From assembly GCA_040902515.1 (NCBI GenBank), contig JBBDXB010000006.1, forward strand, positions 268,280 through 332,279: 64,000 nt of DNA, given 5' to 3'. Under the pieces are notes generated by a model. That model saw nothing but the letters and a program-made list of their open reading frames with translations. It was not told the DNA's origin and did not search any database. Of this stretch, positions 47,942 through 57,180 are shown piece by piece. The translations under genes were made by a program, and so were the position numbers. Each line of letters begins with the position of its first letter. The first letter of the stretch is position 1. The DNA is from Patescibacteria group bacterium. GTDB lineage: Bacteria > Patescibacteriota > SICC01.

Positions 47942-49872
47942 TACTCCTCCTTCAGCCGGAGGCCGGCGTTCTCCAGCTCCTCAAGCTGCTGCGGGTTGGT
48001 GGTGATGATCTGGTCCTCGGCGTAGCTTGCTAGCACCTTGATCGCCACGTGGTTGAGCCCGGCGAAGAACAGCCCCTCGCCGACCTCGCTCTCCAGCAAG
48101 AGGAGCTTCTCGCCCTCGGTAAGGTTGAACGTGTCGGCCACCAGGTCGATCGATGCCGGCGATTGCCGGAGCAACAGTTGCAGCGAACTGTTCGTCACGA
48201 TCGCCTTGCCGTAGCTGGAATTCAAGAAGTCCTCCACGTCCTGCGTCACCGTGGTCAGGCCGAGATAGTATTTTCGAGCCCGCTTCGCCAGCGAAAACAG
48301 GAACTTCGCCGAGTCTTCGTGCCCCATCATCTGCCAGGCTTCGTCGATTACCATCAGTCGGCGCTTCCGGTCCTTCCGGATCAAATTCCAGATGTGGTTC
48401 AGGATCATGTACATCGCGATCGGCCGGAGCGAATCTTCCAGGTCGCGGATCGAGAAGGTCAGGAAGTGGTTGTCCAGCGAGACGTTGCTCGGCTTGTTGA
48501 GGAGTCCGGAGAACGAACCGGTCACGTACTTCTGGAGCTTCGACGCGACTTCCTCGGCGCCCTGCATGTTGGTCAGCACCTCATGGAAGTCCTGGAGCGT
48601 CGGCGGTGCGTTCTTGTGCGATGCTACGTCGGTGGTGATGTCGCGGAGCGCGTACGTTTCCATCAGGGCCCGGTCGACCAGCGCGTCCTGTTCGGGAGTC
48701 AGCGAACCGCACATCAGGGCGATCAGCCCGTGCAGGTTGGTGATCGCCGAGCGCAGGATCGCCTCGCCGTCCGTTTCGTCGCCGAGCGCCGGTGGCAGGT
48801 CGAACGGGTTGATGTTGTGCTCCGAGTTGAGCGACACGTTCACGAACCGTCCACCGACCGCGGCAGTCAGCGCCTGGTACTCGTTCTCCGGGTCGATCAC
48901 GATCGTCTCGGTGCCGAACATCAGCGAGCGGAGCAGTTCCAGCTTCACGGCGTAACTCTTACCACCACCGGACTTGGCGAAGATCACCATGTTGGCGTTC
49001 TCGAGCGTGAACCGGTCGAAGAGGATCAGCCCGTTGTTGTGGCGGTTCACACCGAAGAGGATGCCGTCGGACTGGGTAAGCTCCGAGCTCGTGAACGGGA
49101 ACGTCGTCGACAGCGAATCCGTGTCCATGTTCCGGGTGACGCGGAGTTCGTCGGTCCCGGTCGGGAGCGAGCTGTTGAAGCCCTGCTCCATCTGCAGGTT
49201 CGCATACTTGGTGAAGACGAGCTTCCCGTTGAGGGTCGCTTCGAGCTGCTTGGTGAGCCGGTCCAGCTCGTCCTTCGACTTCGCGTAGAGCGTGAAGTAG
49301 AGGGCGTACTGGAAGAACTTCTCCTCGCCGCGCTGCAGGCGGTCGCGGAGCTCCTCGGCGTCGCCGAGCGCGGTCTCCAGCTCCGGATCGCGAACCTTGC
49401 CCTTTTCCTTGTTGAGCATCCAGGCCGATTCCATCTGACCGACCTTCTTGCGGAGGTTCTGCATGATCTCCTTGGTCTCGACCGGGTAGATGAACATCGA
49501 GATGTCCATCGTGATGTCGTAGTTGATGACCGGATTCAGCCAGTTCGTGTTGATGTACCGCGGGTAGGTGAAGACGAAGAGCGTCCGCACGAAGTAGTCT
49601 TCGAGCTTGAGGTAGTTGAAAGTGATCTCCATCGCCGCCGGAGCGATCAGGTCCTTGATCGTGGAGATGCCTTCCTCGTAGACGCGCTTGGCCTCCTCGA
49701 ACTGCTGGGCCTCGACCTGTTGCTGGGAGCGCTCCGCCTGGGAAGCCTTCCCCTGCTTCCAGGCGAAGAACCGCTCCAGGAAGCTCGGCTTGTCGGAGCC
49801 GACGGAACGGCCGACGGCTTCGGCCGGTACGTCCGGCACGGGGGGTGCCTGCTGGTCCGGCTGGTCAGCCAT
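47941..49872 (-). CDS. virB4: Type IV secretion system ATPase VirB4/TrbE/PrgJ family
   Basis: N-terminal VirB4 domain (IKDLIAPAAMEITFNYLKLEDYFVRTLFVFTYPRYINTNWL), Walker A FAKSGGGKSY, Walker B MVIDEAW. The ATG at 49872 is preceded by SD GGAAGGAGG. The Arg-rich stretch upstream in the track ORF is not taken as coding. Confidence 0.9.
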   Translation of the reverse strand: MADQPDQQAPPVPDVPAEAVGRSVGSDKPSFLERFFAWKQGKASQAERSQQQVEAQQFEEAKRVYEEGISTIKDLIAPAAMEITFNYLKLEDYFVRTLFVFTYPRYINTNWLNPVINYDITMDISMFIYPVETKEIMQNLRKKVGQMESAWMLNKEKGKVRDPELETALGDAEELRDRLQRGEEKFFQYALYFTLYAKSKDELDRLTKQLEATLNGKLVFTKYANLQMEQGFNSSLPTGTDELRVTRNMDTDSLSTTFPFTSSELTQSDGILFGVNRHNNGLILFDRFTLENANMVIFAKSGGGKSYAVKLELLRSLMFGTETIVIDPENEYQALTAAVGGRFVNVSLNSEHNINPFDLPPALGDETDGEAILRSAITNLHGLIALMCGSLTPEQDALVDRALMETYALRDITTDVASHKNAPPTLQDFHEVLTNMQGAEEVASKLQKYVTGSFSGLLNKPSNVSLDNHFLTFSIRDLEDSLRPIAMYMILNHIWNLIRKDRKRRLMVIDEAWQMMGHEDSAKFLFSLAKRARKYYLGLTTVTQDVEDFLNSSYGKAIVTNSSLQLLLRQSPASIDLVADTFNLTEGEKLLLLESEVGEGLFFAGLNHVAIKVLASYAEDQIITTNPQQLEELENAGLRLKEE

Positions 49873-50755
49873 TGCTGCCTCCTTCCTGGTCAGTCGCCTG
49901 CTGGTCCGGCTGTTGCGGCTGCGCCGGTTGCGGTGGCGCGGACTGGGGCTGCGGTGCATAAGCCGCCGATTCTGTCTGGGGTTCCATGGTGGCCGGACTC
50001 GGCGCGGGTGCCTGTCCGGTCGGTCCGGCAGGCGCTTGTCCGTGGTTCGGCCCCCGGACCGTCGCTGCCGTCAGCTCGTCCACGTTGACCAGGCGCTGCT
50101 TGGTGGCGGTCTGCGGGTTGTAGATGCTGTAGAACAGCTCCACCAGTTCCTCGGAGTTGAGCTGGGCGGCACGGACGCCGAGCGCACCTAGGCCGGACGC
50201 CACCGACTCGGTCCGCTGGAGCAGCTGGCCGCGGTAGTTCTGGAACGTTGCCTCGCGCTTGGCGACCTCCTTGGCCGGCTGGGGATTGGTGGCGAACAGC
50301 TTCCCGAGTCCCTTGGCCGGTTCGGTCGCCGGCGGGAAGTACGGCACGATCACGTAGAACCGCTTGTCCATGATGTTCGTGACCGAGATCAGCCGGGAGA
50401 TGAACTCGCCGTACTCGATGGTCTGGAGCTTCACCAGCTCGATCGGCTGGTCGTCGGCCCGCTTCTTCAGCTTGTCGAGATAGTAGTCGAGGTCGAGCCG
50501 CCGCGAGTGGATCAGGATTTGTATCGGGAAGTTCAGCGAGTTCAGGAACCGCTGGTAGGCGTAGATCATCGCGTCCTGTTCCTCGCCGGACTTGAGCGCG
50601 AAGTTAACGGCGCTGGTCATCAGCACCGCGCGGAGCGAGCCGTCCTTCAGGACGATCACGCCGTCCTTGATCTCGGAGATATTGAGGTACGCCTGCGTGG
50701 AAGCCGCCTCCTGCTTCCGCTGCTGCTGTTGCTGGGTCTTGTCTTGCTTCGCCAT
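49865..50755 (-). CDS. T4SS-associated hypothetical protein with Gln/Pro/Ala-rich C-terminal tail
   Basis: 296 aa from ATG 50755 (SD AAGGAG 7 nt upstream). Conserved-looking N-terminal domain (IKDGVIVLKDGSLRAVLMTSAVNF...FPIQILIHSRRLD), then a low-complexity tail QAPAGPTGQAPAPSP...PQPAQPQQPDQQ. Overlaps the virB4 start by 8 nt. Confidence 0.5.
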   Translation of the reverse strand: MAKQDKTQQQQQRKQEAASTQAYLNISEIKDGVIVLKDGSLRAVLMTSAVNFALKSGEEQDAMIYAYQRFLNSLNFPIQILIHSRRLDLDYYLDKLKKRADDQPIELVKLQTIEYGEFISRLISVTNIMDKRFYVIVPYFPPATEPAKGLGKLFATNPQPAKEVAKREATFQNYRGQLLQRTESVASGLGALGVRAAQLNSEELVELFYSIYNPQTATKQRLVNVDELTAATVRGPNHGQAPAGPTGQAPAPSPATMEPQTESAAYAPQPQSAPPQPAQPQQPDQQATDQEGGSNG

Positions 50756-50756
50756 G

Positions 50757-51422
50757 TCAGGCTCCTTGTCCCGTCGGTTTGGGGGCAACGTCGCGCTGCG
50801 GTGATCGCCGCGCCTGCCTTGCTATCTTCTGGCTCAGTACCTGGCCCAGGTCGGCGCTGGCCCGGTCGGACCCGGCCCCCTCTTCCTCGCGCTCCAGGAT
50901 GTCCTGGGGTTCCTCGGTCTGGGCCATGAAGATGTTGAGCTTGGGCTTGGCTTCCACGTCGCTGGTGATCCGGCCGGTCGTCTCCGCCGCATCCACCTCG
51001 CTCCAGCCACGCGCGTCCACGATGTGGGACAGGCGTGCGAGCTTGGAGCGGACCTCTTCCTCCGACGGCTCTTCCTGCACGACCCTCGGCGGTGCCTGCC
51101 GATCTTCCAGCTTGATCTCGCCGAGACTGGGCATCCGCTTCCAGGCACGTCGCGACGGACGCACGTAGAACGAGAAGAACGAGCTGATGAACTTGGCGAA
51201 CGGCTGGTCGTTCGGACGGATGAAGACGAATGCCCCCGCGATGATCCAGGTGAACGCGGTGACCATAAAGAACGCGGGCGGCGAGGCGGTGTAGAACGCG
51301 CTGAACGACACGAACGTCACCAGTCCGGCTGCCAGCAGGTAGAAGAACTGCTTGAGCGTGAACGGCCCGAGGATCTTGTCCTCAAGCTCGACGTTCTGCG
51401 GGATTTTGTAGCTGCTGGCCAT
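50757..51422 (-). CDS. PrgI/VirB3-like family conjugation/T4SS membrane protein
   Basis: MASSYKIPQNVELEDKILGPFTLKQFFYLLAAGLVTF followed by a second TM, the hallmark N-terminus of the PrgI family. Acidic C-terminal extension. Confidence 0.6.
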   Translation of the reverse strand: MASSYKIPQNVELEDKILGPFTLKQFFYLLAAGLVTFVSFSAFYTASPPAFFMVTAFTWIIAGAFVFIRPNDQPFAKFISSFFSFYVRPSRRAWKRMPSLGEIKLEDRQAPPRVVQEEPSEEEVRSKLARLSHIVDARGWSEVDAAETTGRITSDVEAKPKLNIFMAQTEEPQDILEREEEGAGSDRASADLGQVLSQKIARQARRSPQRDVAPKPTGQGA

Positions 51423-51510
51423 GTTGGTTTTTATGGATACACTGTCCGCGAAAATTAACTAAGATTAACACTTTTTAGCTGAAATGTCAATGGTTTAAGG
51501 CGCCACCGGC

Positions 51511-53871
51511 TCATAGCGTGGGGTGGTCGAACGGAAGGCCGAGCGAGCGGCGGCCGTCCTGGTACTTCTTGACGACCGCGCTTTCGGTGCCCTGCTGCTT
51601 GGCTACCTCGGCCTGGTACTCGGCACCGGTCTTGAAGTCGGCACGGTTCACGCTGGAGCTGAGCAGTCCCTGCCGGGCCACTTCGTACGCCAACCGCTGC
51701 TTTTGGGCGGAGTGGAACTTGTTCCGGGCGGTGGCATCGGAGGCTTCGGACAACCGCACGCCGTCCAGGTTGCGCATGACGCGTAGGTAGCGGCCGTCGC
51801 CGCTCAGTGCACCCTGCAGCACGTTCGTATCCATGCCACGCAGCGTATCGGAGTCCATCAGCTGGGTCTTGATGTCCAGGGAACCGAAGTTGATGCGGTC
51901 GCCGCTGCGCTCGTACGAGGAGATCAGTGGATCGCCCTTGTGCAGCTGCTGGTAACCGGTCCAGGCGAGGTTCTTTGGCCCTTGGAGCATGTGTTCGTCG
52001 ACGTACTCGGCCTGGGCCAGCTCCTTGAAGGCTGCCGCCGAGTTGATGCGGTTCTGGGCCAGCGCGTGCTCGGTGGCGTCCATTTCCATGCGTTGGTTCG
52101 GATCGCCGCTCGAGTGGTTGGCGAAGTATCTCCCGCCCTCCTGGACCGTTCCGTACTTGTAGCCGTGGGCGATCCGGTTCTTGGCAGAGATCGACAGCGG
52201 GATCATTTCTTTCTGTGCCTGGTTCACCATGGACTCAAGCGCTGCGACTTGCTGGCCCTGCGACATGCCAGTGAGCGTGCGGGTGAGTCCCGTGCCGCTG
52301 GGACCGAGCTGGTTGAACGCCTCAGCCATCGCGATCCGGTTGTGAGCGGCTGACAGCATGGCGTCTTGCTCCTGGCTGTCCTTGCGTTGCTTGAAGAAGG
52401 CCTTGGTCTCGCGGCCGCGCTGACCGATCGTCTTGCCGCCGGGGCCCGGAAGCATGCCGACGGCGCCCAGGCCGCCCTTGCCGCCGATGCCCCCGGCACG
52501 TTTGCCCTGGCCGGCGGCCATGCTGGCGACCCGCCCGCCGAGCGCCAGCGGCACGGCCACCGCGGCGATCACGATGCCGGCGAAGAAGAGTGCCTGGATG
52601 ATCGCGGTCGCGCCTGACCGGCCCGTGTCCGCACCGGTCAGGATGGCCTCAAGCATCAGCGACCCGACGAATAACAGCAGGAAGGCGACCGGCGCCATGT
52701 AGACCCAGCGGATGTACGTCTGGAGCAGGTTCCTCGATTCACCGCGGGTGAACGGAAGCACCAGGAACAGGAACAGCGCGGGTGAGAGCACGGCCAGGAC
52801 CCAGATCACTACCACGCGGACGATGAAGAAGAACAGGAGGACCAGGAGGGCAACGAGGATGATGATCGACGCCAACAGGAGGACGACGCCCTCTCCGAAA
52901 CCGTCAGCCAGTCCGCTCGCGAACCCGCTTCCTACGCCCGACCAGGACTGGATCATGTCCTTGGCGTGTTCCGCGAACGGCTGGCTGAGGACGAAAGCCG
53001 TGTTGGCGAGGATGTTCGCGAACAGGAAGCTGAAGTTGACGGCCAATATGGAGAAGACGAGAAGCGGCAGGAGCTGGCGGACGTTATACTTCTGTGGCTC
53101 GATCCGGATGATGGACGAAAGCGCCAGGCCGCTCAGAACGAGGATGAAGATCAGGTTCACGACGTCACGGACGACCTTCCATCCCTCCGCCAGGCCCCGG
53201 TTCTCGTTGAAGTTACCGACGTCCATGGCCCACAGGAGGGCGTCGGTGACGCTGCCGGAAAGACTCGAGACGACCTCCGCCATCTTGGCCAGCGCCTTGG
53301 CGAACGGGTCATCCGAAGCCCGGTCGAGCAAGCTCGTCTGCTCCACGTCGGTCGCGGCGCCCCCTTCTTCCGCCCATGCGATGCCCTCCGCATTGGACCG
53401 GTCCTTGAGGAACTCGCCGATCGGTGTCTTATGGAAGTCGATCAGGTTACAGACCTTGTTGGCAGGCTCCAGGCCCTCGCCGGGCGGGCCGTCGACTACG
53501 TAACCGAAGCCGCCGCCGTTACCCGGGTCGTTCCGGAACAGGAACGTAAGCCCGCCGCTCCCCGTACCGTCCGGCTTGAAGAAGAAGTCCCAGCTGTCGA
53601 GGCCGCCGCCGCGGTCGTGGTGCTTCAGGGCATTGAACGTGAACGTGATATCGCCGACCGTGACGCCCAGGCTTTCGGGGCGGACCTTGTCGGGATCATC
53701 GGGGAAACTGCGCGGTTGGAAGCGGTAGTCCTCGGTCTTGCCGTCAGGGCAGGCAAGGGAATCGGCAGGAGCGGCACTAACCGGCTCCGCCGCCAGGCCC
53801 AACGAGAGCATGACGAACAGGCCTCCGAGGGCCGCCGTGCTGAGCCGTCTGATTCGTTCAGGAAACCGCAT
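51511..53871 (-). CDS. VirB6/TrbL-like polytopic T4SS membrane protein, paralog 1 (signal peptide, ~210-aa extracellular N-domain, 6-7 TM core, Gly-rich segment, ~300-aa cytoplasmic C-domain)
   Basis: Signal peptide LGLAAEPVSA. TM core VVNLIFILVLSGLALSSIIRIEPQKYNVRQLLPLLVFSILAVNFSF... shared with the next gene. GKRAGGIGGKGG linker. Confidence 0.45.
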   Translation of the reverse strand: MRFPERIRRLSTAALGGLFVMLSLGLAAEPVSAAPADSLACPDGKTEDYRFQPRSFPDDPDKVRPESLGVTVGDITFTFNALKHHDRGGGLDSWDFFFKPDGTGSGGLTFLFRNDPGNGGGFGYVVDGPPGEGLEPANKVCNLIDFHKTPIGEFLKDRSNAEGIAWAEEGGAATDVEQTSLLDRASDDPFAKALAKMAEVVSSLSGSVTDALLWAMDVGNFNENRGLAEGWKVVRDVVNLIFILVLSGLALSSIIRIEPQKYNVRQLLPLLVFSILAVNFSFLFANILANTAFVLSQPFAEHAKDMIQSWSGVGSGFASGLADGFGEGVVLLLASIIILVALLVLLFFFIVRVVVIWVLAVLSPALFLFLVLPFTRGESRNLLQTYIRWVYMAPVAFLLLFVGSLMLEAILTGADTGRSGATAIIQALFFAGIVIAAVAVPLALGGRVASMAAGQGKRAGGIGGKGGLGAVGMLPGPGGKTIGQRGRETKAFFKQRKDSQEQDAMLSAAHNRIAMAEAFNQLGPSGTGLTRTLTGMSQGQQVAALESMVNQAQKEMIPLSISAKNRIAHGYKYGTVQEGGRYFANHSSGDPNQRMEMDATEHALAQNRINSAAAFKELAQAEYVDEHMLQGPKNLAWTGYQQLHKGDPLISSYERSGDRINFGSLDIKTQLMDSDTLRGMDTNVLQGALSGDGRYLRVMRNLDGVRLSEASDATARNKFHSAQKQRLAYEVARQGLLSSSVNRADFKTGAEYQAEVAKQQGTESAVVKKYQDGRRSLGLPFDHPTL

Positions 53872-53985
53872 GTGCCGTATTTGGGAAAGACTTCATTGTA
53901 CCGCTCTGGCCTCTTAGGGGAAGCTATGCCGCGTTTCGTGTCCGGCGTGTGTCCGGCGCCTGCAGGCACGGTTTGCTTGCTACCC

Positions 53986-54017
53986 AAAAAGCGCTCAATC
54001 ATGGCATAATTGAGCGC
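53986..54017 (-). terminator. Intrinsic terminator between the two VirB6-like genes
   Basis: Perfect 9-bp inverted repeat GCGCTCAAT-N9-ATTGAGCGC at 53991-54017, followed on the minus strand by TTTTT. Confidence 0.5.
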
Positions 54018-54036
54018 CACGGTCAAGAGGGCCGAA

Positions 54037-56634
54037 TCAGTGGATGGTGGCGTTGGGGTTGTTATGGGAATCCAGAACTGACCGGTTGGCGTTCGCGTCA
54101 TGGAATCCGCCGGCGCCCGCGAACCGTCGCATGAGTTCACGCTGCTGATCCTGCGGCATGGAATTCCGATGGCCTTGGGTCACGGCGTAGGCAGCACGAG
54201 TCTTGTCCAGGCTCCCAAGCGATTCCGCTGCCGTGCGGTGGTAATCCGATGTTTCCCTTCCTTCGGCGTAATCGACCGCGGCTTGCAGGTAGGTACTGTG
54301 GTCCCACTTCTTCATGTCGTCGGGAGAAGCGAACTGCACCTTGGCATCGGCCGTTCCCTGGCGGTACTCACCATTACGGTCGACGGCTGCCTGGGCCGGG
54401 TCGGATACGTTAAGCTGCTGTAGCCCGCTTCCTGCATAGGTCTCCGTGAGGTCGTGGGTCGCCAGGCCGGCCTGGGAAAGTTCCGCGAACGCCGCTTCGG
54501 AGGCCTGGCGCTTGCCCGCGAAGTCCGCCTCGTCCGCGGTGAGCCTGCCGAGAGAGTTGTTTCCGCTATCGAAGACCTCGTCGCCCGCTTTCAAACTAGG
54601 ATTACCATGCGCCCAGGCGATACGGCGTTTGCCAGCTGGGGTAACAGTGGCCATCTCCTTCTGGTACCGTCCGATGGCCCGCTGCTGGGCGATGGTGCGT
54701 TGTCCCGGCGTGGCTCCCGTGAGCTTGCCGACACCCTTGCCTCGTCCGGTCTGCTCCTCAAGGTGGGCCATCGCAGCCTTTTGGCGCAAGTCGCCACGAG
54801 AGCCTTCCGCGTATGACTTCGGCTTCTTCAGGCCGAGACCGTAGCCGGTCGCCCGGGCCCGGGTAGCCAGGGATGTCCCGCCCGGACTGACCCGGCCGAC
54901 CGTCCCGGCAAGCGCGGCCCCGGCACCCTTTCCGCCGTACTTCCCGGCTTTCCCGGCACCTCTTCCGGCCGACTTGACGCCTCGGTATGCTTGCCCGACG
55001 ACCTGGCCCCCGAGTTGGAGCGGGATCATCACCGCCGCCACCGCGGCCAGCAGGAAGAAGGCGACCTTCAGGAGAAAGTCGGGGCCGTTGATGTCTTCAT
55101 TCCCCCGTCCGGCGGTACCGATCAGTTCGGCCGCGATAAACAGCAGGACGAAAGCGATCGGTGCGGCGAAGATCCACTTCAGCGCGTTCTGCCACCACTG
55201 GCCAGCCAGCCCCCTCGTCAGCGGGAGGACCATAAAGAGGAACACGAACGGCGACAGCGCGGCCAGGAACCAGATGATCAGCATGCGCAGGACGAAGAAG
55301 GCGAAGAGGATGATGAACCCGAACAGGATCATCAGCACCAGCAGTAGCGCGATGATGAATTGACCGATCCCCTCGCTCGGATCGATGATGCTTCCGGTCG
55401 CCGGCGGATTGGCCAGCAGGTCGAACGCCTTGCTTGCGAACGGCTGGGAAATGATGTAGGCGACGTTAGTAAGAATCTGTACCAGGATGAAGCTGAAGTT
55501 CACCGCGATGACTCCAAAGATCAGGCGGGGAAGGAGTGCCCGTATGCCGTACCGGTCAGTGTCGATGCGGAGGATGTTGGAGAAGGCGATCGTCACCATG
55601 ACCAATATGAAGATGATGTTGACGAAGTCGCGCATGGTCTTCCAGGCATTGGTGAGTCCGCGGTTGTCGGTGAGGGTGCCGATATTGATCACGTTCAGAA
55701 GGGCGCTCTTGATCCAGTCGAGGACCGCACTGATAGCTTCCTTGATCGATTCCAACGCCTTTTCAATGGCGTCACTGAAGGCGCCGGTCGTCTTGTGACA
55801 GGCGTTGGCAGTGAGGTTGTACTCCTTGATTTTCTTTTCGGTCTCATCGCTTTCCGGATCATTTGGGATGTCTTCGGTTTGGTTGGGGAACTGACCCCGG
55901 TCGCCGTTCGGCACTTCCGCGATGATCGTGTCTTCGTTTTCGCGCACCGTTCCCTGACAGGTACCGGCGTACACGAACCGATCTATGTCCCCGGCATTGA
56001 GCTCATTGCCCTTCCGGGACCAGAGGATGATCGCCAGGTTCCGGTTGTACTCATTACGGAAGATCCAGACCACGCCCTTGGAGTGGCCCACACCGGTAAT
56101 GTCGCTGGTGCGCGTCATCACTTCCGACAGTACGAAGCGCACGGGAATGCCCCCGAACTTTAACTGGGTGTCACCGACTTCATGATCCTTGTTGCTCCAT
56201 ACGAGGAACGGGTTTCCTTCGAACTTGAGGAATTCCCGGGAAGTGTTGCTCCGTGCCCGGAAGTCGCCGCGGTACACATAGTTAAGGTTTCGGTCCTTGA
56301 AGGTGTTTCCTTCGATGCCGAACTCCCGCATGGCTTCAGGGACGGAATTTATTTGCTGTAATTCGGTTTTTTGTTCCGCGCTACGCCGATTGTCGATTTC
56401 TTCTATCGGCACCAACGGGGGGATGTCCGGATCAGACTGAGGAGGATCCCCGATCGGTGCCGCGGGAGCGCCGGGTTCGAATGGATTCTGGTCGCTGAAT
56501 TGCGCCTGGGCTTGTCCGGCGGCGAAAGGTGCGACCAAGGCGGGTACCAGCAACGCGCCCAGCACCATGCTGCTCAGCGTGCGGTGCAGCCAACGACGGA
56601 TTCGAGGGCGGGTGAATGTCTTGGTCGCTTTCAT
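54037..56634 (-). CDS. VirB6/TrbL-like polytopic T4SS membrane protein, paralog 2 (~300-aa extracellular N-domain)
   Basis: Signal peptide ...APFAAGQAQA. TM core DNRGLTNAWKTMRDFVNIIFILVMVTIAFSNILRIDTDRYGIRALLPRLIFGVIAVNFSF... paralogous to 51511..53871. Gly-rich AGRGAGKAGKYGGKGAG linker. Confidence 0.45.
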   Translation of the reverse strand: MKATKTFTRPRIRRWLHRTLSSMVLGALLVPALVAPFAAGQAQAQFSDQNPFEPGAPAAPIGDPPQSDPDIPPLVPIEEIDNRRSAEQKTELQQINSVPEAMREFGIEGNTFKDRNLNYVYRGDFRARSNTSREFLKFEGNPFLVWSNKDHEVGDTQLKFGGIPVRFVLSEVMTRTSDITGVGHSKGVVWIFRNEYNRNLAIILWSRKGNELNAGDIDRFVYAGTCQGTVRENEDTIIAEVPNGDRGQFPNQTEDIPNDPESDETEKKIKEYNLTANACHKTTGAFSDAIEKALESIKEAISAVLDWIKSALLNVINIGTLTDNRGLTNAWKTMRDFVNIIFILVMVTIAFSNILRIDTDRYGIRALLPRLIFGVIAVNFSFILVQILTNVAYIISQPFASKAFDLLANPPATGSIIDPSEGIGQFIIALLLVLMILFGFIILFAFFVLRMLIIWFLAALSPFVFLFMVLPLTRGLAGQWWQNALKWIFAAPIAFVLLFIAAELIGTAGRGNEDINGPDFLLKVAFFLLAAVAAVMIPLQLGGQVVGQAYRGVKSAGRGAGKAGKYGGKGAGAALAGTVGRVSPGGTSLATRARATGYGLGLKKPKSYAEGSRGDLRQKAAMAHLEEQTGRGKGVGKLTGATPGQRTIAQQRAIGRYQKEMATVTPAGKRRIAWAHGNPSLKAGDEVFDSGNNSLGRLTADEADFAGKRQASEAAFAELSQAGLATHDLTETYAGSGLQQLNVSDPAQAAVDRNGEYRQGTADAKVQFASPDDMKKWDHSTYLQAAVDYAEGRETSDYHRTAAESLGSLDKTRAAYAVTQGHRNSMPQDQQRELMRRFAGAGGFHDANANRSVLDSHNNPNATIH

Positions 56635-56653
56635 GGCTCAAGAAAATTGGCTA

Positions 56654-56682
56654 ATCATAGCAAAATCAGTGGGAAATGTCAA
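56654..56682 (-). promoter_or_regulatory. Near-consensus promoter (minus strand TTGACA-17-TATGAT) for VirB6-like paralog 2
   Basis: Minus-strand TTGACA (plus tgtcaa at 56677-56682), 17-nt spacer, TATGAT (plus atcata at 56654-56659). The -35 context TTGACATTTC also recurs upstream of the PrgI-like gene (51485-51490). Confidence 0.55.
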
Positions 56683-56741
56683 CCGTGCCACCTGGCGGTG
56701 GCCGAGGTGCAACCGGAGCCTTCGCGGAACCAGCCCATAAG

Positions 56742-56769
56742 AAAAGAGGCCCGCGCGCGGGCCTCTTTT
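56742..56769. terminator. Bidirectional intrinsic terminator after pilin gene 1
   Basis: aaaa-GAGGCCCGCGCGCGGGCCTC-tttt at 56742-56769. On the minus strand the hairpin is followed by TTTTCTT. Confidence 0.7.
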
Positions 56770-56785
56770 CAGGACAGGGCCGAGG

Positions 56786-57160
56786 TTACTCGGTAACGCG
56801 GAAGCCGCGTTCGACGCCCAGGTACTGCTGGATCAGTCGCGTCAGTACGAACGCGATGAAGATGATGATCAAGCCAAGGATGGCATAGAGGATGGTCTTC
56901 CGGGCTGCGTCGACCTGTTCGGGGTTGCCCGTGGAAACCACGTAGCGGAAACCGCCGATAATCAGGAAGAGCACCGCGACGGCGCCGGCGAAGAGCAGCA
57001 GCGCTTCGATGACGCTGGCGAGCACTTCGCCCAGCGAAGTACCGGACACCGGGTTGTCGATGTTTGGCCGGCGTACCTGCGCGAACGCGGTCTGTACCAT
57101 GCCGAGCGAAAGCGCGAAGCCGGAACCGGTTCGGATGAGAAGTTGTTTCATGCGTATCAC
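56786..57160 (-). CDS. VirB2/TrbC-like pilin, paralog 1
   Basis: Signal peptide ending AFAQ, then hydrophobic helix - GGFRYVVSTGNPEQVDAARKTILYAILG - second hydrophobic helix. 124 aa. Confidence 0.6.
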   Translation of the reverse strand: MIRMKQLLIRTGSGFALSLGMVQTAFAQVRRPNIDNPVSGTSLGEVLASVIEALLLFAGAVAVLFLIIGGFRYVVSTGNPEQVDAARKTILYAILGLIIIFIAFVLTRLIQQYLGVERGFRVTE

Positions 57161-57180
57161 CTCCTTTCTATGTTTGTCGT

